Shown here: in pieces, positions 51,097 through 63,392 of the stretch
How positions within the stretch are numbered: the first letter of the stretch is position 1
How the letters are laid out: every line of letters starts with the position of its first letter
Origin: Octopus sinensis
Lineage: Eukaryota
Assembly: GCF_006345805.1 (NCBI RefSeq)
Contig: NC_043002.1
Location: 112,096,001 to 112,160,000 of the forward strand
Length of the DNA stretch: 64,000 nucleotides
Reading direction: 5' to 3'
Program-made: the position numbers and the translations under genes
Notes under the pieces: model-generated
Told to the model about the DNA's origin: nothing
Seen by the model: the letters and a program-made list of their open reading frames with translations, nothing else
The model's database searches: none

Positions 51097-52266
51097 GTGC
51101 AATGGTCCAATAGTATAGAAGTCGTAGACTGGTTTAAAGCTATTAAGAATAAGAAAAAAGCGAGGTTTACACAATTCGATATTGTTGATTTTTATGCCTC
51201 TATCTCTAAAGAACTGCTAGATAAAGCCCTAATCTTCGCTAGTGACTTCATAGAAATTAGTACCAATGATAAGGATATAATCTTCCATGCTAGAAAGACA
51301 TTACTTTTCAGTGAGAATGCAAAGTGGGTAAAAAACACCGACACGGAGGGCGCTTTCGATGTGAGCATGGGTTCATATGATGGGGCAGGCATCTGTGATC
51401 TAATTGGACTCTTTCTCCTAGATACCTTCGGTAAGACATTCCCTAACGTACATTTCGCCATCTACAAAGATGATGCCCTCGCCTTAACAGCTAATACAAA
51501 TGGACCAGCACAAGATCGTTTTAGGAAGGATATTATCCAGTTAATGAAACACTTCGGACTTAGTATAACTATAGACACTAACCTGACGGTTGTCAATTTC
51601 TTAGACGTTTCCTTAGATCTTAATAATAATATTTATAAGCCTTATAGGAAGCCCAATGATAGACTAAGTTATATTAATGTAGGTTCATGCCATCCCCCTA
51701 TAGTATTCAAAAATTTAGTTAAAAATATTAGTAAGAGGATTTCTAGCCTCTCATCTAATGAGGACATCTTCAATAGCGTTGCCCCAGTTTATAATAAAGC
51801 TTTAAAAGATAGTGGTTTTAGCGAAAAAATAAAATATACACCTATCACCAGCCCAACAATAAGGAAAAGGAATAATAGAAATAGGAAGGTCATCTGGTTT
51901 ACGCCCCCTTACTCACCCGAGGTGGCCTTCAATATAGGTAAATATTTCCTAGCACTGATAGATAGACATTTTCCAGTTAACCATGCTTATAGGAAACTCT
52001 TTAATAGACACAATTTAAAAATTAGTTTTCGTTCAACTACCAATTTTAAAAACATAATCAATCATAACATACAAAAAACACAAGAAGAAAACAGCTGTTC
52101 ATGCAGGAATAAAGAATTGTGCCCGCTAAATGGAGCTTGCATGTCCAAGACCATCATATATGAAGCTACCGTAAACTCTATAACCACTAAAGACACCGTT
52201 TCGACGAAGAAATACGTGGGCCTGACAGAGGGTAATTTCAAGCCAGGTTCAATAACCACACTTTGA
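51097..52266 (+). CDS. PLE reverse transcriptase + N-part of GIY-YIG endonuclease (the true frame extends from ~50768 to 52553 across two 1-bp indels)
   Basis: 389-aa ORF with RT motifs A (FDI) and C (YKDD); the C-terminus continues in ORF 52263-52553. The listed start is not a real initiator. Confidence 0.85.
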   Translation: MQWSNSIEVVDWFKAIKNKKKARFTQFDIVDFYASISKELLDKALIFASDFIEISTNDKDIIFHARKTLLFSENAKWVKNTDTEGAFDVSMGSYDGAGICDLIGLFLLDTFGKTFPNVHFAIYKDDALALTANTNGPAQDRFRKDIIQLMKHFGLSITIDTNLTVVNFLDVSLDLNNNIYKPYRKPNDRLSYINVGSCHPPIVFKNLVKNISKRISSLSSNEDIFNSVAPVYNKALKDSGFSEKIKYTPITSPTIRKRNNRNRKVIWFTPPYSPEVAFNIGKYFLALIDRHFPVNHAYRKLFNRHNLKISFRSTTNFKNIINHNIQKTQEENSCSCRNKELCPLNGACMSKTIIYEATVNSITTKDTVSTKKYVGLTEGNFKPGSITTL

Positions 52267-52737
52267 GCTTTAGGCACTGGAACAAAAGAAAAGCGACACA
52301 ATTATCCAATCATATTTGGTCTTTAAGAGATAAAGGTGTCGATTATAACATACAATGGAAGATTTTGGCCAGATGTAAGCCCTATACTAACGGCAGCGGA
52401 AGGTGCGGTTTATGCGACATGGAGAGATGGCTTATCTGGAAAAGCAGCTTAGACCCTACCACATGTCTAAATACAAGGACAGAGCTTTTCGGATCATGCC
52501 CACATGTGACTAAATTTCTGTTACGTTTTTGGTCCCCTAAAGAAAACGGATAGAACATGCTTTCTGTGTTATGTCCCAAGAAGATTTTATATATTTTTAT
52601 ATATTTTTATGTATTTTTATATAATTTTTATGACGAAAAATGCGAGCGATGTATAAGTACGCAGGCAAAGCAGAGTTATAACAGAGTAATTTCCCTTCAT
52701 TTTTAACGGTATTTTTTCATAACGTTTTCAAATAGCC

Positions 52738-52800
52738 AGATAACCGAAGAGATGGTGTTGTGGATTTCCACTTCGGCATCTGAAACTCAGAGTTTTATCT
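52738..52800 (+). ncRNA. Type I hammerhead candidate in the PLE 3' UTR, copy 1
   Basis: AGAUAA-CCGAAGA-GAUG...CAUC u-GAAACU cag AGU U-UUAUCU: perfect 6-bp stem I, 3-bp stem III; U4C and an irregular stem II junction. Confidence 0.6.
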
Positions 52801-52822
52801 TGACTACCGAGTAATGTAACAT

Positions 52823-52881
<59 letters not shown>

Positions 52882-53338
52882 TATGGGTGGGAGGTGCTTT
52901 TGTGTCTCTGTTTGTTCTGCACCACTGCTTGACAGCCGATGTTGGTAGGGTTACGTTCGGCAAAAGTGACCCATAGAATAGGTACCAGGACTTACATGAA
53001 AAAATAAGTACTGGGGTCGATTAATTTCACTAAAATCTCTTCAACATGTTGCTGCAGCATGGCCGCAGTCAAATGACTGAAACAAGTAGTATATGGAAGA
53101 CATAGATATATCACAATAATAATTAGTAAAATTTCATTTTAAATTCTGTATTTATTCATATAATTTTTGTGTATTTTTATCTTGAACCATCGGGTGGATT
53201 GCATGGCTGCAACAATTCTGAGTAAGTCAACACCCCGTACCAACTGAAGATTGTTATCCGCTTTGTAAAGTCATTTATTCAAGCAGTTAATACCTATAAC
53301 TACATGTGTGTGTGTGTGTGTTGTGTGTGTGTGTGTGG

Positions 53339-53370
<32 letters not shown>

Positions 53371-53865
53371 GTGAAAATGAAAAACTGCATGGGATGTCCA
53401 GCTAGCCGGGTGTCATTTCTCTCGCTTCTCAATATCTTTTTTTTCCTCTTCTATTTATTCTATATTCTTTCAAAATTTCTCTCGGGCGTTACCCATTACA
53501 ATTCGTCTTGGCCTAACAGCCCTAAACGTCTGTCGTCGTCGATCATTTCTGTTCGTCCACTCTGGTGTCGCTTGTTCGTTCGAAGCCCTAACACTCCACA
53601 AATTTTATATTTTAAAAGTTTGTGGATAAGACAGTAGTCTTATGAGATTTTCCTGCTTTGTCTTTAAAAGCACGAAACAGGTAGTAATGAACAGTCGCCA
53701 ACTGAAGAGGCGTTAGTCGTCTTTTGGTATTTTGTCCCGACTTATTTTTGGTTGTGCGTTTACGTATTTTTCGCTCGTTGGTGATGTCCTGTACTTAATA
53801 TGTATTTTTTCATTTTTCTTAAATAATTGAACGCCACGCAGCCTTTGTCAACAGCATGTCTTTAC

Positions 53866-53906
<41 letters not shown>

Positions 53907-53910
53907 ATAT

Positions 53911-54154
53911 AGTGTGTGATAAATAAAATATATGCATACATACAAACATATATGTACGTACCGACATCTACATGTATATATACATGCATATATAAATATA
54001 TATACGTACAGGACACCACAAGAAGACGTAAAAATCAACCTTCTTGTGGTGTCCTGTACGTATATATATTTATATATGCATGTATATATACATGTAGATG
54101 TCGGTTCTTACATATATGTTTGTATGTATGCATATATTTTATTTATCACACTAT
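53911..54154. repeat. Fold-back palindrome, second copy
   Basis: Same as 50364-50607; loop 54026-54039. Confidence 0.95.
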
Positions 54155-54244
54155 TGTCTGACAGCGCTTCGCGTCGGGTTCGTTTGAATTTTCGATTTTT
54201 CGAATTCTCACTTCGTTCCGTCTCTTTCCTCCCAGTTTGTTTTA

Positions 54245-54298
<54 letters not shown>

Positions 54299-54300
<2 letters not shown>

Positions 54301-56354
54301 ATAAAACGGTAAGATAAAACCAAGAACTTATACCTGGTAGATAACAGCAAATACACACAACTCTTACACAGCAGCATCATTAATAATTATACTAAGGCTA
54401 GGGCACAGACATATAACGAAATTAATAAAGAAGCTAGCGTCATCGCCGCTAAACTTAAATTAGATAAAAAAATAGAAACCCTCCCCCAAAAAGAGGCCTT
54501 TATTACTATTAAAGACCGCAAAGAAAACTTCCTTTCCAACCCTAAATGTAGGCTTATCAACCCAGCCAAGTCAGAACTAGGGATATTAGCAAAGAAATTT
54601 TAGATAAAATAAATACGAAAATTAAGACCGATACTAGGCTAGTGCAATGGTCCAATAGTATAGAAGTCGTAGACTGGTTTAAAGCTATTAAGAATAAGAA
54701 AAAAGCGAGGTTTACACAATTCGATATTGTTGATTTTTATGCCTCTATCTCTAAAGAACTGCTAGATAAAGCCCTAATCTTCGCTAGTGACTTCATAGAA
54801 ATTAGTACCAATGATAAGGATATAATCTTCCATGCTAGAAAGACATTACTTTTCAGTGAGAATGCAAAGTGGGTAAAAAACACCGACACGGAGGGCGCTT
54901 TCGATGTGAGCATGGGTTCATATGATGGGGCAGGCATCTGTGATCTAATTGGACTCTTTCTCCTAGATACCTTCGGTAAGACATTCCCTAACGTACATTT
55001 CGCCATCTACAAAGATGATGCCCTCGCCTTAACAGCTAATACAAATGGACCAGCACAAGATCGTTTTAGGAAGGATATTATCCAGTTAATGAAACACTTC
55101 GGACTTAGTATAACTATAGACACTAACCTGACGGTTGTCAATTTCTTAGACGTTCCTTAGATCTTAATAATAATATTTATAAGCCTTATAGGAAGCCCAA
55201 TGATAGACTAAGTTATATTAATGTAGGTTCATGCCATCCCCCTATAGTATTCAAAAATTTAGTTAAAAATATTAGTAAGAGGATTTCTAGCCTCTCATCT
55301 AATGAGGACATCTTCAATAGCGTTGCCCCAGTTTATAATAAAGCTTTAAAAGATAGTGGTTTTAGCGAAAAAATAAAATATACACCTATCACCAGCCCAA
55401 CAATAAGGAAAAGGAATAATAGAAATAGGAAGGTCATCTGGTTTACGCCCCCTTACTCACCCGAGGTGGCCTTCAATATAGGTAAATATTTCCTAGCACT
55501 GATAGATAGACATTTTCCAGTTAACCATGCTTATAGGAAACTCTTTAATAGACACAATTTAAAAATTAGTTTTCGTTCAACTACCAATTTTAAAAACATA
55601 ATCAATCATAACATACAAAAAACACAAGAAGAAAACAGCTGTTCATGCAGGAATAAAGAATTGTGCCCGCTAAATGGAGCTTGCATGTCCAAGACCATCA
55701 TATATGAAGCTACCGTAAACTCTATAACCACTAAAGACACCGTTTCGACGAAGAAATACGTGGGCCTGACAGAGGGTAATTTCAAGGCCAGGTTCAATAA
55801 CCACACTTTGAGCTTTAGGCACTGGAACAAAAAAAAGCGACACAATTATCCAATCATATTTGGTCTTTAAGAGATAAAGGTGTCGATTATAACATACAAT
55901 GGAAGATTTTGGCCAGATGTAAGCCCTATACTAACGGCAGCGGAAGGTGCGGTTTATGCGACATGGAGAGATGGCTTATCTGGAAAAGCAGCTTAGACCC
56001 TACCACATGTCTAAATACAAGGACAGAGCTTTTCGGATCATGCCCACATGTGACTAAATTTCTGTTACGTTTTTGGTCCCCTAAAGAAAACGGATAGAAC
56101 ATGCTTCTGTGTTATGTCCCAAGAAGATTTTATATATTTTTATGTATTTTTATATAATTTTTATGACGAAAAATGCGAGCGATGTATAAGTACGCAGGCA
56201 AAGCAGAGTTATAACAGAGTAATTTCCCTTCATTTTTAACGGTATTTTTCATAACGTTTTCAAATAGCCAGATAACCGAAGAGATGGTGTTGTGGATTTC
56301 CACTTCGGCATCTGAAACTCAGAGTTTTATCTTGACTACCGAGTAATGTAACAT

Positions 56355-56358
<4 letters not shown>
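54299..56358 (+). mobile_element. Penelope-like retroelement, copy 2
   Basis: ORF pieces 54642-55160, 55466-55870 and 55909-56097 reproduce copy 1 with different frameshifts. Confidence 0.95.
56270..56332 (+). ncRNA. Type I hammerhead candidate in the PLE 3' UTR, copy 2
   Basis: Identical to 52738-52800. Confidence 0.6.
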
Positions 56359-56398
<40 letters not shown>

Positions 56399-57293
56399 TA
56401 TATATATATATATGGGTGGGAGGTGCTTTTGTGTCTCTGTTTGTTCTGCACCACTGCTTGACAGCCGATGTTGGTAGGGTTACGTTCGGCAAAAGTGACC
56501 CATAGAATAGGTACCAGGACTTACATGAAAAAATAAGTACTGGGGTCGATTAATTTCACTAAAATCTCTTCAACATGTTGCTGCAGCATGGCCGCAGTCA
56601 AATGACTGAAACAAGTAGTATATGGAAGACATAGATATATCACAATAATAATTAGTAAAATTTCATTTTAAATTCTGTATTTATTCATATAATTTTTGTG
56701 TATTTTTATCTTGAACCATCGGGTGGATTGCATGGCTGCAACAATTCTGAGTAAGTCAACACCCCGTACCAACTGAAGATTGTTATCCGCTTTGTAAAGT
56801 CATTTATTCAAGCAGTTAATACCTATAACTACATGTGTGTGTGTGTGTGTTTGTGAGTGTGTGTATCAAAGTATTGATAAACCTAGGTAAACCTGGCACA
56901 CTTGTTAGTTAATGTGTGTGTGTATGTGTGTGTGAGAGAGAGAAAGAGAGAGTATGTGATTACACACATACTCATGCACGCACAGAGACACATACACACA
57001 CAAGCAATTATTTGTGGGAGTGAGGTTAGGCACTGTGTGTCACTAAATCTACGTAGATCGGTTTTCTATCTGTATATCTTAACATTGCAAATAAGTTAAA
57101 TATAAATCCTATCATTTATCTTTCCATCAATCCACCTGTTGCCCCTGAGATCTTTTATCCTGTCCAGTTAGCAAATACAGCTAACTAGAGGATACATATG
57201 AGTGTGGTTCAAATTGTTTACGTTTCAGTTGCGTGTATATACGCATTCGCATACCCATCCATACATATATACACAAATGCATACCTACGTATT

Positions 57294-57323
<30 letters not shown>

Positions 57324-57324
<1 letters not shown>

Positions 57325-58593
57325 GAGGGGCGTTCAATAAGTAATGCCCCTGACCCACTTCCCATAGCAGTAGAGCAACGACACTTGGCACAGTTATTAG
57401 TCTTTTCCTACATAGGAACTACCCGGAGTTATGCATTTCTCCCATCGTTTGATACAGCTCTGGATACCGTTTTTGTAGAAGAACCCAGCTTGGTCCTCCA
57501 ACCACGACGTGACTTCAGAAATCAAGGCTGCATCATCTGGGAAACGCTTTCCTTTCAAAATCAACTTCGTGGCTGGGAAGAGGTGAAAATCAGAGGGTGC
57601 AAGGGGAGGAGTTCATAGCTGCACGCCTGTGCTTCTGATCTGGCGACACGCGAGTTGTGGACCGGAGCGTTGTCCTGCAGGAGGAGGATGCCTTTGCTGA
57701 TCTTGCCCCGCCTCTTGATTTTGATAGCTTCTCTTAATTTCCTCAAAAGTGAAGCATAATAGGCTCCTGTAACTGTGGTACCCTTTGCCAGGAAATCTGT
57801 CATCACTACTCCGTCCTGGTCCCAGAAGACTCTGAGCATAACCTTGTCAGCGGAGGGCTGCACCCTTGCCTTCTTTGCAGGAGGTGAGTCACGGTGCTTT
57901 CACTGCATTGACTGGGCTTTGGTCTATGGATCATAGTGATGGACTCAGGTTTTATCCTGTGTGGTCAGTCTTTTGAAAAATTTTGACTCATCTTCTTGGC
58001 ACATCTCCAAATTCATCCTCGAGCACTCAACGCGTTCTTGCTTCTGGAAAGGTGTGAGCAACCTGGAAATCCATCTGGCAGACACCTTTTGCATATGCAA
58101 ATGGTCATGAATGATAGTTTCCACAGACCCGGTACTAATCTTGACCTTATGGGCTATTTGGCGAATAGTTATGCGTTGACCTTCTAAAATGGCAGCCTCA
58201 ACTTGACGGACAGACGTCTCATCAACGGCAGAAGGGGGCGACCAGATCTGGGAGCTGTTTCCACAGAGTTCCGACTATGTTTGAATTCACAATGCCAGCG
58301 TTTTACAAGGTCATATGATGGGGCATCATCACCATAAGTTACTTTCATTTCATCAAAAGTCTCCCGTGGTGTGCGTCCTTTCAAATACAATAACCAGATC
58401 ACTGCTCGACACTCAACAGGCTACATTTCACACTTGACTCAGTTCAAACACCTGTAAATCAGAAACCACAATTAGTTCAGAGCTGTAATTCTCCACTTAA
58501 TCTGTAGAGGTATCAATAAGTGCACATGCAAAATTTCAGCTAGATCAAACAACTGCAAGTGGGTCAGGGGCATTACTTATTGAACGCCCCTCG
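57324..58593 (-). mobile_element. Full-length mariner (1270 bp) with perfect 37-bp TIRs, frameshifted transposase
   Basis: TIR CGAGGGGCGTTCAATAAGTAATGCCCCTGACCCACTT at 57324-57360 and its reverse complement at 58557-58593; TA at both ends; ORFs 58184-58402 and 57561-57863 (VFWDQDG, LLQDNAPVH, APSDFHLFP). Confidence 0.95.
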
Positions 58594-58626
58594 TATATAT
58601 GTATTCCGATATATATATATATATAT

Positions 58627-58693
<67 letters not shown>

Positions 58694-58751
58694 TAGATAT
58701 ACATGTATATATATATATATATCGTATGTATATATGTATGTATATGTATAT

Positions 58752-58808
<57 letters not shown>

Positions 58809-59516
58809 TATATATATATATATTATATATATATATAATATATATAATATATAATATATAATATATATAATTAGTTGTATGAAAGTGTCGTTAGAGTGGT
58901 TATATAAATATATGTACAGGTATAAATTTGTACGTCTGAATAAGGGCGTGCATTTTTTGTATGTATGTGCAATATGTATATGTGTGGGCGCGCACACGTA
59001 TACATGCATACATGCATAAATGCAGGCATACATACATACATACATACATACACTGGTACGAACGCGTTATCTTAAAGATAGCGTATTTGACGTTGATATT
59101 GGGTGTAGGATCTCATGATCAATCATTCCGTACCTCTTCTTGTATACATGTGACTATTTATGCGTGTAAGCGTATTTTACCAACCTCCATACTTAACTTG
59201 CCTTTTCTTTTCAAAGTTTGGTCATATCTCGTAGATTTTACTACTCTACCTTCTACTGTCATAAAGGTTTATGCGACTCATTCTTACACTAGACATTTCC
59301 TTCAATACCATCTCATTCTTTTTTCACTATGATTCCAGTTGTTACAACATCTCTTTCTTTCTCTCTGTTTTAAATCAAATCTATAGCCTGAAAGTCAATA
59401 AGTATGTAATATCGGCGCATACGAATGAATATATATATATATATATATATAATATATATAATATAATATATATATATATATATACATAGGTGTATATAAG
59501 TATGTAAGCCTAAGTG

Positions 59517-59594
<78 letters not shown>

Positions 59595-60897
59595 AAGCAT
59601 ATATACATATATGTGTGTGTTTTTGTGCATGTATGTATTTATATGCACATACACACATATACACACAGAAACACACACACACGTATGTATTATGATAGTG
59701 AAAGTGCAAGCACGTTTTAAATACACACAAATCAGTCGGTTATCTTCCCGTGTATATTAACATTGCAAATAACTTTTCACACATGTCATATATAATTCCA
59801 TTCATTTTTTTCAGCTATCAACACAACTTGCTTTTTCACCAATTTACTTTCGATGCCTTGCACTTACAATATACAACCGGAATGATATCCTGGCGGAAAT
59901 AAAATTATTCTAAGAGGAGATATAATATGTATGGCAAACAGTAGTTTTTACTGGTTAGCCTCGAGATTCCTTGAAGGAGTATATCGTCTTGTGACCATTT
60001 TGTATATTAGGAGCTACTTTGTATAATATGTCATTTGTTCTTTTTTAGACCGTACAGTGAATAAGTGAAGGTAGACCGACTTCCCGTATACGTTTGTGCC
60101 AAAGGTTAATGTGCGTATAGTAGATGGGTATATATTGACCAATATAATAAAAAAGCAGTAAATTTTATTCTAGCTATCATGTAGAAACTATGTCCTTGAT
60201 AAATAAATACATATATGTATATATGTATATATGCATGAGTCAGAAGAGTCGAGGGTATTGACTGTTGTATCTATTAGGTTTATATTGCATGCAGTAAATA
60301 GTATTTTAACATATGCAGTGGTATATTATAGTTGTTGCTGATGTTGTTTAGGCTCTGTTAAGCTGATATTTAGCAAACACTTGATAAAAAGCATTCCTTC
60401 AGAGACCAACTCGTCTTTAAGTATATCGGACAATGGATTGCCCAATGTATCTTTCCTTTTCAAAGACCGACGAAGATTTCCCTGTTATTTCAAGGAGTTT
60501 AATTAACGCATGAAGTTCTTAGTTATCTGCTAAAATGTTTTCGTGCAAATTGCTTAACGTGGGCGCGCACGCGTGGTGGTGGTGCTGGTGGTACTGGTGG
60601 TGGTGGTGTTGGTGGTGGCGGCGTTGGTGGTGGTGCAGTACATTAAACAGTTTCTGTGTGTTGATGTTAATGAGTATGATTAAAGGCAAATTTAACTATT
60701 CTTATCTGGTTTAGATATCAAGCTATGACACAGGCGTTGACTCATTCATCCATCTATTTATACATACGTACGTATACATCCATATACACATTATATATAT
60801 ATATATATGTATGTATGTATATATATATATATATATATGTGTGTGCATATATATATCTGTGTGTATATATATATATATATGTATGTATATATATATC

Positions 60898-60944
<47 letters not shown>

Positions 60945-61026
60945 ATATATATATATACATATATGCATACATATACAATATATTTATACATATGTATGTA
61001 CACATATATGTGTAAATATTTATATA

Positions 61027-61071
<45 letters not shown>

Positions 61072-61858
61072 GTGTGTGTTTGTGTATGAGTATATACAAA
61101 CACAGGTAATCCTATCATATATATGCATGTGTATGCGTAGTGTGTATGTGTGCCCGCGCACGTGTATGTGTATGCATGGACATGTAAACACACCAAAGAA
61201 TCCATTATAATGCATAGAAAGTTCAGGAAAATCCCACATTCTCCACGCCGTCGAGGAAAATTATGTGACATATGGAGGTAGTATTATCAAACGATTATGG
61301 TGATGCACATCAGGGAAGAGAGACAGATTGCACAAGAGAGGCAGATGAAAACACAGCTATGGTAATGTAGAGATAAGTGTTGTATGTGTTTGTGTGGTGA
61401 GGTTGGAGAGTCAATAGTAGCTGTGACTACTACGAGACTAAAAGATTGTAGATTAAAGCAGGGATGATGAAAACCTATCAGCTATCGCAAACGAAATACT
61501 TCAATTTGGTCACTCATTTATATATAGCTTTCTGTTTTAGTTTTAGTAATTATAAATAAGCTCTAAGTGTGTCAGATAAATAACAAAATAATCCACCATT
61601 TCACGTATATATTTTTTCATTTATGAGAGACTTTTTGTGAAATATTGATAAAAAATGAGGTTGAAATTGACAGTTACAAAGTATGTATGATGCTATCTTA
61701 CAGAAAATGGCAATATTATTTTGGCTATTCATCCAGCCTTAATTAGAGCGGAAATTCTAGTCTGGAGTATAATAATCCAATTCTATGAAAAAGTAAGAAG
61801 CCTCGTAATGATTTGCTGATCATTAATTACCGTGCATTATTAATGAGACATGAGTGCA

Positions 61859-62022
61859 CGGAGCTGGCAGAATAGTTAGCACGCTGGGCAACAACGCGTA
61901 ACGACATCTCTTACTTTCTGAGTTCAAGGTACATGGTGGTCAACTTTGCTTTTTCTTCTGTGATCAACAAAATAAGTACCAGTTGAGTACTGGGACCGAT
62001 GTAATTGACTTCCCCTTTAAAT
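61859..62022 (+). mobile_element. SINE family D (diverged), interrupted by a family B1 insertion
   Basis: GGAGCTGGCAGAATAGTTAGCACGCTGGGC head and AAAATAAGTACCAGTTGAGTACTGGG body. Confidence 0.65.
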
Positions 62023-62405
62023 GTGGAAGCACTCCGTCGGTAACGACGATGAGGGTTCCGGTTGATCCGATCAACGGAACAGCCTGCTCGTGAAATTAAC
62101 GTGTAAGTGGCTGAGCACTCCACAGACACGTGTACCCTTAACATAGTTCTCGGGGATATTCAGCGTGACACAGAGAGTGACAAGGCCGGCCCTTTGAAAT
62201 ACAGGTACATCAGAAACAGGAAGTAAGAGTGAGAGAAAGTTGTGGTGAAAGAGTACAGCAGGGATCACCACCATCCCCTGCCGGAGCCTCGTGGAGCTTT
62301 AGGTGTTTTCGCTCAATAAACACTCAAAACGCCCGGTCTGGGAATCGAAACCGCGATCCTATGACCGTGAGTCCGCTGCCCTAACCACTGGGCCATTGCG
62401 CCTCC
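62023..62405 (-). mobile_element. SINE family B1 with 11-bp TSD
   Basis: CCCCTTTAAAT at 62012-62022 and 62406-62416. Confidence 0.9.
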
Positions 62406-63191
62406 CCCCTTTAAATAATTGCACTATAAAGTGATATCGTATCATTAATTAAAGACTCTAAGCTGTATTCACAGAAGACTTAATTTGTATAAATTCCACA
62501 TTCTTGTCACCTTCCTACATGACTAAAAATCACCTACATCCCCTTAAGTATATAACGGCTTGGGCATTTCCGTGTTGTTCTTTCAGTTATTCTATTCACA
62601 AAATATCTCACGATCTTAATTCAACTCCCTAATTAATACTTCATCTTCAGAAAGGGCGGCGATCTTGTCGAATCGTTCGCACGTCGATGTAACGGACTTA
62701 GCTCCACCCTCAAAATTGATGCCCTCGTGCCAAAATTTGGAACCGATGTTTCTTTTTCATGCGTTTTTATAATAAAGACGCATCCTCTTGTAAATGTCGA
62801 TTTTACCAAACAAAATACTCTTTCACTCAACATAAGTGGGGCATTGAGTGCCTTCTATACGTCAATGATTATATCTGTTTCCACTTCCAGATTTTTATCG
62901 TTATACACACATATAAAAACACACAGACACGCACGCACAGACAAGCACACACATATACACACTCTGTATGTACACCCTACTTAAATATTTATTGTCAATT
63001 TATGTTGTGTGTGTGTGCTGACTGTGTATGTGATATCTACTCTGTGTATTCTCAGCGTATATCCATCTATGCATCACTGTCGATGTACTTATTGCTTTTG
63101 TGCGTACACACTATGTGTGTGTGCTCACGTGTACACACACACACACACATATGGAGAGAGAGTGAAAGAGACTGACAGACAGAGAGTGAGC

Positions 63192-63392
<201 letters not shown>

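Larger units (their letters stand above)
50754..52826 (+). mobile_element. Penelope-like retroelement, C-terminal EN type (Hydra-clade-like), 5'-truncated, copy 1
   Basis: DKTKNLY, AFITIKDRKENF, CRLINPAKSELG, FDIVDFYASI, MGSYDGA, IYKDD, CSCRNKELCPLNGAC linker, IIYEATV/KYVGLT GIY-YIG, CGLC...CPH; (TA)n on both flanks. Confidence 0.95.
49824..56834 (+). repeat. Tandem duplication, two ~3.55-kb units bounded by (GT)n
   Basis: 49824-53305 vs 53373-56834 are identical apart from 1-bp indels and microsatellite length, as far as I can read. Confidence 0.95.

Noticed and set aside
51097-52553. Naiad-type selenoprotein or permuted-domain PLE
   Set aside because: The endonuclease is C-terminal and the frame has no in-frame TGA.
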